Assembly (NCBI RefSeq): GCF_009834535.1
Contig: NC_045696.1
Span: forward strand, 2,296,001-2,360,000
From: Camelus ferus
Lineage: Eukaryota
Direction: 5' to 3'
Length of the DNA: 64,000 nucleotides
This document shows positions 25,480 through 37,796 of the stretch, piece after piece. The notes under the pieces were generated by a model. That model searched no databases. It was not told where the DNA came from and was given only the letters and a program-made list of their open reading frames with translations. Within the stretch, counting starts at the first letter, position 1; the number at the start of each line of letters is the position of its first letter. The translations under genes were made by a program, and so were the position numbers.

Positions 25480-26299
25480 GCCCCGCGCTCACTTCACGCC
25501 GCTGGTTTTCGTGGCAGTTGGACTCGGACACGTGGACGTTCTTATTTTTCTTCAGCAAATCCTGGTCCCAGTTAATGGATGTTTAGGTTGTCACTACGTT
25601 TTCACTCGAGTCTCACTTAACCTGCGTGAATTCAACTCCAGGCTCTGTTCTGGCCGCCCGAACTGACCAACAAACAGAGATATTTTTGTGTGGCATTAAT
25701 ATAATTCTCTAGGAGTGCATACGCCACACAAATTGACAGAAGATTGCGCTTCGCTTTGTTCTGATCTTCACCTAGCTCTGCTCATCATTTCATAAAACCG
25801 GGTTTCCAATGGCAACCCCTGATGGGATCTGAGTGGTCCATTCAGTGCGTCTCCGCCTGCATCTCTGGCTTCTGTCATTGCTCATTGTGGTGCTCAGCAC
25901 GTCAGCCCAAGCACAGTCCTCACCCAGCCACTCACGTGTCGAAAGCAGGTGTTCTAGTTACAAACGTGTTTCCCTTTATATTACAAAGCAGGGAAGCGTA
26001 GCAGGCTCATTTCAGGGAGGAGGTGTTCAGGGTTTGCTATAGGGGGACCTTGGGTCAGACAGGAGGAAGTATTTTGTTCAGGGATCACATCCTCCCCGCC
26101 AGACACAGGACCCTAAGAAGCTCGTCTCCTGACTGTGACCCCACCCCCGAAGCCGTCCCGCTCGCTTTGACACATCTCCCCACACATTCCTGTTGAGGGA
26201 ATGCGGACTGCCGGCTCTGTCACCGCTGGGGTTCAAAACCAGCCCCGCTGCTTCCTGCCTTACGCCACCTTTCTGTGCCTCGGCGCTCATTTGTGAAGA

Positions 26300-26737
26300 T
26301 GGGGCTTTGAGGGCTGCTGTGACAGAGTACTGCAACCGAGCGGCTCAAACAACAGAGAGGTGTTCCCTCTCAACTCTGGGGGCTGGAAGTCGAGACCGAG
26401 GCGTGGGCAGGGTCGGTTCCTTCTTGGACTTGGAGGGAGACTCCGCTCCAGGCTCTCCGTAGTTTCTGGCGACGTGCTGGCCATCTCTGGGGTTCCTCAG
26501 ACTCGAGAAGCATGGCCCCGATCTCCGCCTTCGTCTTCATGTGGTGTCCCCCTGTGCGCCTCTGTCTGAATCTTCCCTTCTCACAAGAACGCAGTCTAAT
26601 TAGGATGAGGGCCCACCCTGATGACCTCGTCTTAGCTTGACTGTCTGCAAAGACCTTTTTCCAAATAAGGTCACAAGCACAGGTACTGGGGGTTTGGGCT
26701 ACTGCTGCATTTTGGGGCCACAGTTCAATGCCCAACA
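26300..26737 (-). mobile_element. MaLR (MLT1-like) solo LTR
   Basis: GGGCCCACCCT..TGACCTC, TCTGCAAAGACC..TTTCCAAATAAGGTCACA motifs. Confidence 0.8.
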
Positions 26738-27224
26738 TGGGGTTAGGAATAGGGGGGACGACATGGAATGATGTGAGGGCTGGATGCTCTCCCAGGGTAG
26801 CACCATGGACTCATAGCACCTATTCCAACAGTTCACCGACTCCAAAGCCTGGGCAGGGTCCACAGTCAGCCAGGAGGGGTCCACTGAGGGCTCAGTGCAT
26901 TCCCAAACTCACTGAGCAGCTCCTACGGGGCCCTGGGATTCAGAACTGGCTGGGAAGGGTGGGGGGGCCTTCCAGCCAAGGGATCCCCACGAACCAGAGG
27001 GCTTGCGGAGGAGGTGGTGAGCCGTGCGGTCAGAATGGGGCAGGGGAGGGGAGGGAGGCTCACGGTTCTGAAGGCAAACAAGGGGGACTCTGTCCAGCAC
27101 CTTGGGACCAGATTGTGGCAAAGCATGCCTGCGTCCCCTCCAGCCTCATGCTCACCTTTGCAGCATTTTCATGGGCAGACTTCCGCACGTATTCATGCAT
27201 CCATCATTTAAGATAAAGTTGCCG

Positions 27225-27783
27225 ATCTAAAAAGAAGGACACAAAAGAACTAATTTACAAACCAGAAACAGACTCACAGACATGAAGAACAAATGTATTT
27301 ACCAGCGGGGAAAGGGGGTGAGAAAGGAAAAATTGGGAGTTCGAGATTTGCAGATACTAACTACTATATATAAAATAGATAAACAGCAAGGTCCTACTGT
27401 GCAGCACAGGGAACTAGACTCAATACCTTGTAGTGGCCTATGATGAAAGAGAATATGAAAAGGATTCAGAATTGTAGAGCAGATAAACAAGATTATACTG
27501 TATAGCACAGGGAAATGTACACAAGATCTTATGGTGGCCCACAGAGAAAAAAATGTGAATATATATATGTTCATGTATAACTGAAAAATTGTGCTCTACA
27601 CTGGAATTTGACACAACATTGTAAAATGATTATAAATCAATAAAAAATGTTAAAAGAAAATATAAAATTAAAAAAAAGCATATGAAAAGGAATACACACA
27701 TATATAACTGAATCATTATGCTGCGCACCAGAAATTAACACATTGTAAATCAATTATACCTGACTTAAAAAAAAAAGAATAAA
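27225..27783 (+). mobile_element. L1 3'UTR containing a nested second L1 3' end (about 27465-27675)
   Basis: Outer element matches 53600-53920; inner element has its own A tail and is flanked by duplicated ATATGAAAAGGA. Confidence 0.8.
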
Positions 27784-28526
27784 GTGACCAGCTCAGCTGT
27801 GTTAAAAATAAATAGCGTTGCCAGAATGGCTCCTGGGGAGGAAAGGGCGGTGACATCTCCTCTTACTACCAGAAAGTCAGTGATTGGGGGAAATTCTGGG
27901 CGTGGAACCTGCTGCCTTTTCAGAGTCATCATGGTCAGTGTGACCCTCAGGCCAGGACGTGGGCGCAGGGGGAGCAGCCATGGCGCTCGGGAGGAAGTGC
28001 CTGTGAAATGGGACTCACACCCCGGAGCTGCCACTTGAGTATATTGTCGACGTTTGTTGTTAAAAACCTCGGTCGAGAAGTAATTATAGGATTTAAAGAC
28101 TGACAGGCTACAGCCTTAGTCAGCAGGCTGTGACTCATGCCGGCAGGAATTGCAGGGGTTCAGGCATCTGACAAACACGAGGCTGAACTGAGTCAAAATG
28201 CAGGTGGCCCGGCCCCTGTCTCATCGGCTTAAGAACTCAGTGTGATCTGCGTCTCCAAAGGGAAACGTAGCGTCATAGCCCACAAGGGGGGACAGCTGCC
28301 TCCTCTGGGGTGGTTCCGGAGCCGCCAAGAGCCCCCACCGTTAGGACCAGAACAAGGGCCTCCCGGGGGACCTGGCCCCACCCTTGCTGGCCCCCTGCCC
28401 ACGTGGGGCACCTCTTTGGGTGGATGTTCCCAGAGAAAGGTCAGAGGGCACAGTGGTGTATGAACCCGCTGGCCCTGAAGGGGACCCCACTCTGGAAGCC
28501 CCTCACCTGTCACTTCCCCTCAAACC

Positions 28527-29122
28527 TGTCAATGAAAAATTAATCCATCAATCTAAAAAAGAAATGGAAAACTTCATTCAAGCTAAATCTGAGGATTATA
28601 ACCTGAGAACAGCATCTCAGAGAACTTAGAACTGTTCCACCCCTTAGAAATAAAGGCACGGCAGGTGTGGGGGGCAGGGAGAGGGTGGAGCTCAGTGGCA
28701 GAGCGTGTGCTTAGCATGCACGAGGTCCTGGGTTCAACCCCCAGTACCTCCATTAAAAAAGTAAATAAAAAGCCCAATTACTCCCCTGCCAAATAAAGGC
28801 ATATTTGTAGAAGTTTATGAGACAAAGGGCCACACATCAAATGATGTTCTCTTGACAGTTTATGCACAACCCAGATATAAGCGTCACCGTGGCTCCTAGC
28901 AAGACCAGGAAGGAATGTTAAGGAGCTGCCCTGCTGGTGCTGGGAGAATGCTGCGCCCTGAGGTTGAACAGGAGTTTCTGCCGACGGTGGGGGGTGTGTG
29001 GTGGGCGCATTAACGCAGACACACGGTGCACAGTGAGAGGGGAGAGGAGGCCGAAGGGCAGAGAGAGTGCTTCACGGTTACATTTTTCTTGTCTTGCCAT
29101 AAACTCTGAATTTTATTTCACA
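28527..29122 (-). mobile_element. ERV1-type solo LTR (family B) with nested SINE
   Basis: TG...CA termini, TSD AACC/AGCC, homologous to 15288-16590. Confidence 0.8.
28675..28790 (+). mobile_element. tRNA-derived SINE inside the LTR
   Basis: Family head and tail; AAATAAAGGCA duplicated at 28648-28658 and 28791-28801. Confidence 0.85.
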
Positions 29123-32100
29123 AGCCCCACAGCGAGTGGCCTTGGGCCTCCTCCTTGCCAGGCTGGGGGTGACGGTGCCTGGTCCAAAGGCCAGTCTGTT
29201 TTGTAAATGAACTGAAGACCAGGTCTGCCTGACACCCAGGTCCCGGTTTTCCTCAGAAAGGAGGCACGGGCTGGCCTCCGCCTTTGCCAGCCTCCGCGGG
29301 CTCCTTCCTTCACTGAGCGTTCGCGGGGTGGGAGCTCTAGGTCTGCCCGCAGCTGCGCCACATGGGCAGGTGGCACGGGGTGGGGGGCTGGGCGTCCCCA
29401 CCTCCCAGTCCCCCAGCGGCATCACCGCAGGACGCTCAGGCCGGCGTCGGACTCGGTTCCAGGAGGCGCTGCAGGCTCAGGAAGCAGCGCCAGCCCTGCC
29501 GCCGTCCTGCGTTCATGCTGTGCTTTTAAACAAAACTTGGACTTGGCTTAAGTTTCATTTATAGAAAAGTGAGATTTAGTTGGGGGAGGGTTGGTGAAAT
29601 AATAGTTTATCCCAGAGTTTTGGCGACTTCTTAGGCAATCCAGCCACATATGTGTCTGCTGCCCGTGCGCTAATTCCAGAGTTTACGGACCCCTGAGGTC
29701 CCAAGTAGATCCGCAGCTTGGAGGCAAAGGCAGACGATGATTTGTGCTGGAGGAGGGGCACTTCTGGGGGACGGCGCCCTGTTGGGGCCGGCCGGAGTGT
29801 CTGGGATAGAACGCCATGCCGTCCATCATTTTCCCTGAGAGGGTTCAGCTGAGAGGAATCTAAGCCAACCCTTGGCCGGCGTCGGTGTCAGCTCGCTCTG
29901 GACGGTGTGTCTCCGGAATCGGCGGGGCTGTTTGCTCTGCTCACATGTAGCTCAGAAACATCAAGGCCACGGGGAGTGCTGAAGCTGAGGGCCCTGGCAG
30001 GATTCCTCCAGCCTGGACCTGGTGGATGCAGAGCGAAGGAACCCCTTTGCTCTTGTAGGTTTGCAACTGGGTTGATTCAGTTCAGCAAGTATTGGCTGAG
30101 GAAGCTTCTATGTCCAGGGACCCAGGCTAACGCTGGTCTCTGCACCAGCGCATCTCCCACTGTGTGTGTCTGAAGCCTGGGGTTCTGGGGGCCCTAACCC
30201 TTAGCTACATGGCGGGACCAGGGCCTGGTGGCGTTGGGGTGGGGGGGACCTGGGCTCCGCAGATGGGGGAGCTGGGATCAGCCACGTGTGAGCTGTGAGG
30301 TCTAGGCCAGAGCCCGACGTCTCCAAGCCTCCTTTCCCGTCTGTGACCGTGGACTCATCCTGGAACTTACCCTCCAGGAAGCAGTGAGGACTAGATGCAA
30401 TGGCTTCTGTAAAGCAGAGCCTGGCAGGAGGGGGTCCCCCTGGGAGAAGCCCCCACATCTCCCTGGGGCTGCAGAGACACAGGCTTTTGCTCCAAGTGGC
30501 AGGGTCCCCCTCTGTCTGCATTTCAGAAGGCGCGCCCTCACAGCGCCTAGGCAGCCCTCACCCGCCTCCGGCCCTGCCTGTGTTCCGGGGCGGCTGTGGA
30601 AGCGGTGAAGTTACTCATCAGCTGCTGGGTCTACAAGGCCACGTGGAAAGGCTCCTGCACCCCAGGGAGGCCGGGGGGGAGGGGGCCCCAGTGCCAACCC
30701 ACTGAAGCCGGCTCTGCAAGGCGGGGCTCTGGGTGCAGCCCCTCGCTTGACTGACACAGCCTCCTCTGTTCGCCGCGTCTGCAGATGTTACTGAGTAAAT
30801 GCTTCTCAATTTGAGCTGAGCCCTTTGCTGTCTTTTGGGACTCTGGATGACTGCCAGTTTTGAGCAGCACGCCAGGCCTCTCCTGGGAGAGGTTTCCCTG
30901 AGCCCGTCAGGTGGCCATTCTCCAGGCCCCACCTCTGCTCGCTGCTCTTTGAACTCGCTGCACACGCCCCTGCCCCAGGGTCTTTGTACGTGCTGTGTCT
31001 TCTGCTTTCGATACTTGCTCTATATACGTCCGTGGCTCATTTTTCAATCTTTTGATCTCTGTTCAAATGTTACCTTCTTGTAAATAGTCCTTGCCCCGCA
31101 GTCAGGTAAAAAAGACAAAATTAAGTTTCAATTTAATATTCTTCCCAACACTTTATAAAACTAGCAACTGCTTCCAGATTGTCTTTATGTTTCTTTGTGC
31201 TTTAAGTTCATTAGAAACTGAGAAGGGCAACACGTTTGTGAAGTCTGACACCAATCTTACAAAACTGGCCAGACCTGCGGGTGGGGGCTTATCACTCACA
31301 AGACAGCACTTGGCCCTGATGCACTCCTGGCCTTCTCCCCGCTTTGTTTTCTCCCATTTGGGGCTCTTGTCCCCAGCTGACATAGCTTGCGGGGTCACCT
31401 GCTGTCCCCAGTGGGTCAGCTTCGTCGGGGTACTGCTTTTGTCTGCGCTGTTGCGGCCGCGGCAGGGAGCACAGAACAGGGCCTGCACACGGCAGGCGCT
31501 CAGCACTTGCAGACTGAGTGATGGAGAGAGAGGATACATTGTCAGTGTTCTGTGGTGCCTTCTAAGGAGGGTGGCTCCAGCCACAGGCGAGGCTGTTGTC
31601 TGCAGTGTAGGAAGCGGGGTCCCTCCTCGCTGAGCGCGCGGGGAGGGGCTGCTGGGTGGAGCTGAACTGTATCAAGACCGTGGGTGGGAGCATGGGCACT
31701 GGCCCACCCCAGGCTCAGAGCCAGAGGCATGGAAATGGTGTGACATCCCCAGAAACCCCACTCCGAAAAATGACGTGTTTCCAGCGTGACTTTAGATTGT
31801 TGGGGGTGACCGGGCCCTGCCCCTAACCCTAAACCTTCAGGAACAGTTCTGTTCCCGATGCCTGCAGTGTCTTGGGGCAGGGGGGCAGGACGAGGCCTCG
31901 TGCCCCACATCGGGGGAAGGAACGGGGAACAAGAACCGGGCAAAGGCGAACAGCGGAGCCCGGGTGTCCCCGAGAACAGACCCTGCTGGGAACCTGCATG
32001 CACCTCAGGGAGCTGCAGACTGGACTCCTCAGCTGACACCTGAGCTCTGCCTAGAACAGCAAGAGACTGACCTGGAAGTGCGCCCCTTGCTGCAGGGAGG

Positions 32101-32353
32101 GGTGAGCAAAGGCAGTGTCACGTGACCAAAGCCTCGGGGTCCTGCAGCTGGGACTGGGGTGAGGGCAGGACACGTGCAGGGGGCGCCTTCCTGGATTCTA
32201 GGTATTACTTTATGAGTTAAGTGACCCTGTGTGGGATCCAAAGCACAACAGGGTTTGCTCAGGGAACATCAAAGCGAAGGGCACAAAGGCTGTGTTCTGC
32301 CTGCCCCACGGCCGGCCGGGCGGGCCAGGCTGGGTAACAGGAGGGGGTCCATT

Positions 32354-33126
32354 TGCCCCCACCTTTTTAATACTCTGTGCTCACGGTGCAGTAAAAGTTA
32401 GAAAGGACAGTACATTTGTAAAGTGTGGTACAAATTGTACAAAACCGATCAGTCCAATGGGGCACAGGGGGAGACGGCCATCTTACAAAGTACTGTGAGA
32501 TCACCAGCAGGAGGGGGTCCCCAGTGGGGAACACTTCTCTGGGGTGGAGCCCGGGGCCCCCGCCCATCCTCAAAGACATGGAGAAGCGGGAGCATCCGTG
32601 AGCAGCCGCAGAGGAAGATGTGCCCAGCACCCCCGTCACCGGCTCTGGCAGTGGCCGCACAACAGGGCAGGTGCCCCAGACTCCGGCTCTCAAACACTAA
32701 CCACCGACCTGACACCCTCACCTGCTGCTTCATAGCAGTTCCCAGGGAGGCAGGTTATGCGCATCCCGACGGTCAGAATCAAACACAGATCTGAGGGCAA
32801 GGATGGATTTATTACTGGACTTGGCTTTGACACATGCTGATGAACCCTGCAGACATGAACATGAGTTGATTGTGGACAGACAGCCCTTGTCAGAGTCAGG
32901 AAAATTCAGAGAACACACACACACAAGTCAAACAACGGATTCGATTTCATCTTCTCTCCGACACCGGGACTGCCCCCGCCTTTTTTGTACTCTGTGCTCA
33001 CGGTGCAGTAAAATTTAGAAAGGACAGTACATTTGTAAAGTGTGGTACAAATTGTACAAAACCGATCGGTCCGATGGGGCACAGGGGGAGACGGCCATCT
33101 TAAAAAATACTGTGAGATCACCAGCA
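32354..33126 (+). repeat. 156-bp local duplication (32354-32509 and 32971-33126)
   Basis: Ungapped alignment with about 8 mismatches counted by eye. Confidence 0.92.
32808..32813 (-). terminator. RRP1B: Candidate RRP1B polyadenylation signal AATAAA
   Basis: TTTATT on the plus strand, about 2.6 kb beyond the stop codon, with TGTA elements upstream on the minus strand; usage is inferred. Confidence 0.5.
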
Positions 33127-35407
33127 TTAATTTAAATATTTAAATTATTTCCTTTTTTGGGAAACTGCCAAGTCCCTCTGGCGATTTCATTTAGGAAAAT
33201 AACATGCATCAAATAGAAAACCAGTCGTCTAAATACATTCTGCTCATGTGACGCTCTGGTGAGTACACGGAGTAAGAATTTTAAAAAATTGTTTTTGTTT
33301 TCCCTTCTCTTGTTGCCAAAATGTAGGCATTAAAAATGAACCACAGTAAACCTACTGTTCTCACCCACAAAATGGGGTAAGTTAGGACAGATTTAGAGGG
33401 CAGATGGAGTCCAAGGCACACTGCCACGCCGAGGCCCCGGCCCACAGGCAGGGCGCTCCCCTGGTGCCTCAGCCAGAGCGAAGGCGCTCCTGCACGAACC
33501 TGAACAGACACGCCTCTTTTGCCTTTGGGTGTCCTGCTAGGACATCTTAACATCACTGGATTACGTGGCCCATTTGGCTAGAGGACCCTCTTTAAAGCTG
33601 AAATAAAAAGTATTAGAAAAATAATTTGACCAAGGATAATGACGCTTTCTTCTTTAAACAGAAAGTTAAAAATATATGACTTTCCAAATCTCACCTTTCA
33701 CACCGTCAGTGTCGGTTTCGATGTGATTTAAAGCATTACGTCAAGCGCAGCGCGCCGAAAACCACGCAGCCACCCCAGCAAGGCTGGCGTGCGCAAGACA
33801 GGGCCGCTCAGGCACAGCAGCTAACAGCAGTGTTGGCTCTTTTCATGGCCTAATTACAACAAAACTTAATTATAGAGCAGGCAAAGAGCAAAGTTCACAC
33901 TTCCTCCTTCCCACCAGGGCCCCCGGAAGGCCAGCCCATCTGACCCACAAAGTTATCAACAACAGTCTTTGCAGAGGGAGGGCTCCACCCTGGTCACGTG
34001 ACGAAGGAAACCAAAGCCAAATCAACGCAGCCCTGCGACTCCAGTGGGCCTCCCCGTCTCCCCCAGTTGTGGCTAGGACGACCGAGGCAATGCTGGGGTC
34101 CTTTACTGGGGAAGCGAAGGCGACTGGCCCGGCGTTTTGGCGAGAAAGCGGGGTTCCTGCGTGGGGAGGTGGGTGGGAGGCAGCTGTCACTTCCTGGAGG
34201 CCCGAGATTCCCCGGGATCCCCTGAGCCAAGAGAAGCCACGTCCTCCCCCGAAGATGCCGCCCCTGCCCCCTCCCAGGCTGCAACCTGTCAGCCTGTAAA
34301 CTCAAGACGGAGGCAGGGAGGCGGCGTGCCCGGGGGGCAGGGCGGGGCTGGGGCTGCGGCTCCTCGCGCACCGCGTGCTCCATGCCGCGCCTCTGCTCCT
34401 CCAACTGACGTCTGGGCCTTTCCCACCCCCAATTCTATTAATTAACTAAAATTATAACTCTATAAAAATCTGTAAGTACAAGTGTCAATGTTCGAAAAAA
34501 TGGTAGCTATGAACAAAGAAATAAGCGCAGACAGCTCTCGGCGGCCGCTGCTGTCTCCCGCTTCCGGCGGGCATGCAGGTGTCAGGCAGCACTGCCCTGC
34601 CTCCGCAGCCAGAGTCCGGGTCAGGGGTGGGAAAGCTGCTCCTGGGGCCGCCAGCCACTCCGGTTGGGGCTCAGACACTTTTTACAAGAGTAACCGAGCA
34701 CAAGGGCCTGGAAGCGGGCGTGCCGGCCAGGCTGAGAGCGAGGGGGTGCCGGCTGTCACCGCTGAGGGCGCCCTGGGCTGGCCCAAGGGAGGAGGCCGGG
34801 GCAGGAGACCGGGCCGAGGTGGAGGGAGGAGGCGCCCCCAGGGCAGAGGTGTGTCTCTCCTGCCCCCTCACAGGGTCACCCCCACTGAGTGCACACAGAG
34901 AAAGTGCGGCACTGCTGATGTGGTGACCAGACTCATCTTGTAAGATGCCAAATACCCACAGGCGTGGGAACGAGGCCCTGCGCACCTTTTAAAAGGAGAA
35001 AGACCATTAGACTAAAACCACCCAGAAAACTAGCCCAGCAGGGCAGCCCGGGCCCAGCCCAGCAGCGCTGCACACGCCGGCGGCTGGCGGGGAAGCCCGG
35101 ATGCTGGGAGCCAACGGTGCGACCCCGTCTGAGCGCCCAGCCACCACACCAGTGGGGGCACTGGAGGGACCCACCGCCGTGGACCCCCAGGGGCTCCGGC
35201 ACGGACGACGTGGGCAGCAAAGGCTTCACCCAATGCCCGCAGCCCCTGCTGGAAGGGCCAGGGCCACAGAAGTGCCAGAGCTCACACTCAGAGCCACATG
35301 GACAATTCATGGGAATTTACAAAACAATAAAAAGGCCCCATCTTTTAAACGTTACAATTTATAGAACATCCTGTGCAAACGCAGTCTTTAAAAGGACTCT
35401 GCTACTA

Positions 35408-35601
35408 TCAGATGAAGTCCACAGCCGTCGGCCTTCTCTTTGGCGTGGCAGTCAGTGGCTTCTTGGTCCCCAGGGGGGTGCTGGCTGGCGAGCTCGTGGG
35501 GGTCTTCAGGACCCCGTGGAGGGGCCTCTGCTCGGGGTTGAAGGCCACCCGGGAGGGGCCTGTGGGGCTGACCAGGATACTCTTGTCTGTCTTCTTGAAT
35601 T
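35408..35601 (-). CDS. RRP1B: RRP1B exon 16, coding part with stop
   Basis: (E)FKKTDKSILVSPTGPSRVAFNPEQRPLHGVLKTPTSSPASTPLGTKKPLTATPKRRPTAVDFI*; TGA at 35408-35410. Confidence 0.96.
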
Positions 35602-36176
35602 CTGCCCCAGGTGAAAGCAAGGCACACATCAACAGGGTGCGATGCCTCTGTCCTGCCACCAGTCCCGCTCCCGCAGGCCCTGAGGGCCAGGACGCTCCCT
35701 CCCAGCAGGGCAGGACCCTGCACCAGGCCCCGCAGAGAGCGCCTGAGAGCTTTGGGAGAAAATGGAACTCACTAGCAAGGCTACTTCCCCCCACAGACAC
35801 CAGCGGGTCAGGTCCCGAGGAGGCACTCTTAGGGGTGGGGGTAGTGATGAAACACATGCCCAGTGAACCCCGTGTTTGGGTCTCGGATGAACCCTAGGTT
35901 TAAACCGTTGCAGGAGGAGCCTTTCCTTCCTGGCAGATCTGTTCCTCCCATTTTCTCCAGCTCTAAAGACAAGAGCTTCTCAGGTCCTCCCAGAGGGCCC
36001 TGGCCCACCGCACACACACAGGCACACACACACACAGACACGTTTCCTTTTGGTCCCTAAAATGAGCCAGTCCTAAACTCATTACGTACTTCTAGAAAGT
36101 TTGGTTTCCTTTCAAAAAACAAAACAAAACAAGTGAATTGCAACAGTATTAAAAGCAGTAAGATAGAGTGTCCTAG

Positions 36177-36276
36177 GTGGGGGGCACAGCTCAGTGGCAG
36201 AGCGAGTGCTCGGCATGCATGAGGTCCTGGGTTCCATCCCCGGTGCCACCATCAAGGGGGAAAAAAAAAAGAAAAA
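36177..36276 (+). mobile_element. tRNA-derived SINE in RRP1B intron 15 (antisense)
   Basis: CAGCTCAGTGGCAGAGC...GAGGTCCTGGGTTCCATCCC plus A tail. Confidence 0.8.
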
Positions 36277-36544
36277 GAGCGTCCCCCTTTCCCTTCTCTT
36301 GGCCAGGGAGGCTGCAAATCTCAGCGGAGGCAGCTGCAGCTGACAGACCCTTAGTCCCAAGCCAACACGGCTTTGGAATCCGGGCCAGCAGCCTGGAAGG
36401 CGGCGTCTCTTGGCGTCCTCTACCAGAGCCCTCCTTCCAGAAAACCGCCGCCTCCTGCCCGCTGCACCCCCGCTCCCACCAGACAGCCCAGGCCCTCTTC
36501 CACAGAGTGGACCCCACTGCCTCGAGGAGCAGACCTGCACTCAC

Positions 36545-36608
36545 CCGCAGTCATGTTCCTGCTCAACCCAAAGGTCACCTTCTTGGAGCTGGATGGTGTT
36601 CTGCTCGC
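36545..36608 (-). CDS. RRP1B: RRP1B exon 15 (64 nt; PP1-binding RVxF motif KVTF)
   Basis: ASRTPSSSKKVTFGLSRNMTA; CAG/GTGAGT flanks. Confidence 0.95.
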
Positions 36609-37646
36609 CTGCAGAAGAGAAACAACAGAAGGACTAAAGTGACAGCCGAGGTGTCCCCAAGGACGCCTGGTGCCGCCAGCCTGTGTAGCAGCTCCGCCAG
36701 GCCTGGCAGGAAGCTGCCTCGCCTGGGACGAAAGCAGAGCAAACTGATGGGGTCTGAAACAGGACACAGCCCACCGCCGGAGCACGAGAGGCTCCCACCT
36801 GGTGAGCACAGTGGACCAAAACCCGGTACCGGAGCCCGACTCCCTCCTGTGGGCAGTGGACAAGCACTTCCAACTTTTTGTGCACAAGGACTCAAAACTG
36901 ACTTGCATATTCCAACAACTCATCAAAAATTAAGTAACTGTTCCCATTTAGCAGATTCCTGGAAGTGGACCCACTCTGCACGATGAAGAACTTTATCAAA
37001 TTCCTTCTTCGAATCTCAAGTTTCTGCGGGAACCCCACAGTTCTACCTGGTATTGCTTTTTGCTTTAACATCAACACTTCACGAGAGGAATGTGACCTGT
37101 GCAAGCCCTGAGTCATTTAACAAATCTCCCTAAATGTCTTCAGGCCACTTACACGCCCACTTGCTGTGGGCGTCCCTGCAGGGCCAGCCCAGGCACGCCC
37201 GCCACCACAGCAGGCGTCTGCCCCGTGCGGCTCCACCAGGACCTCGGTCTCCCAGAGGCAAACGGGATGCACATCCCATGGCCCGGCCTGCACCTGCACC
37301 ACCTCCCAGCATGCCTGGCAGAGCCAACCTCCCTTCCTGGACCCTGCGCGATCCCCCGGGCACGGTGACAGCCCTCTCCCACCACTGCACCTGGCTCTCT
37401 GACTGCTCGCCTCGTGAATTCGAGGACGCGGCACCCCAGTCCTCCTGACGCAGAATGGTGTTATGGACCGTACCTCAGAGCTGACCCCGCTCCCGGAACA
37501 GGGACCCGCATGCCGTGGACAGTAGCAGAGTTGAAAAGACGGCTGCAAGCGGGGTGGGTCAGGAGGGCAGCAGAGCCCACCATCTGGGCGTGGGGCAGCT
37601 GCGGAGGGACGGCAAGCAGAGGGACAGCTGGTGGCCAGGTGGGTAC

Positions 37647-37796
37647 CTGCAGGGGGGCGCCCGGCGAGGTGGTGGCAGTGCTGCCCTTGGCCTTCCTGAA
37701 GAACAGGGGCTTTGGGCAGAAGGAGGCGTCGAACTTCACGAAGTCCTTCTCTGTTCTCAGCTTCTTCTTCAAAGGGCTGAGCGCCCCACTGCTCCC
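37647..37796 (-). CDS. RRP1B: RRP1B exon 14 (150 nt)
   Basis: GSSGALSPLKKKLRTEKDFVKFDASFCPKPLFFRKAKGSTATTSPGAPLQ; CAG/GTACC flanks. Confidence 0.93.

Noticed and set aside
25802..25816. RFX X-box-like GTTTCCAATGGCAAC
   Set aside because: A single imperfect motif far from any promoter; cannot be supported without conservation data
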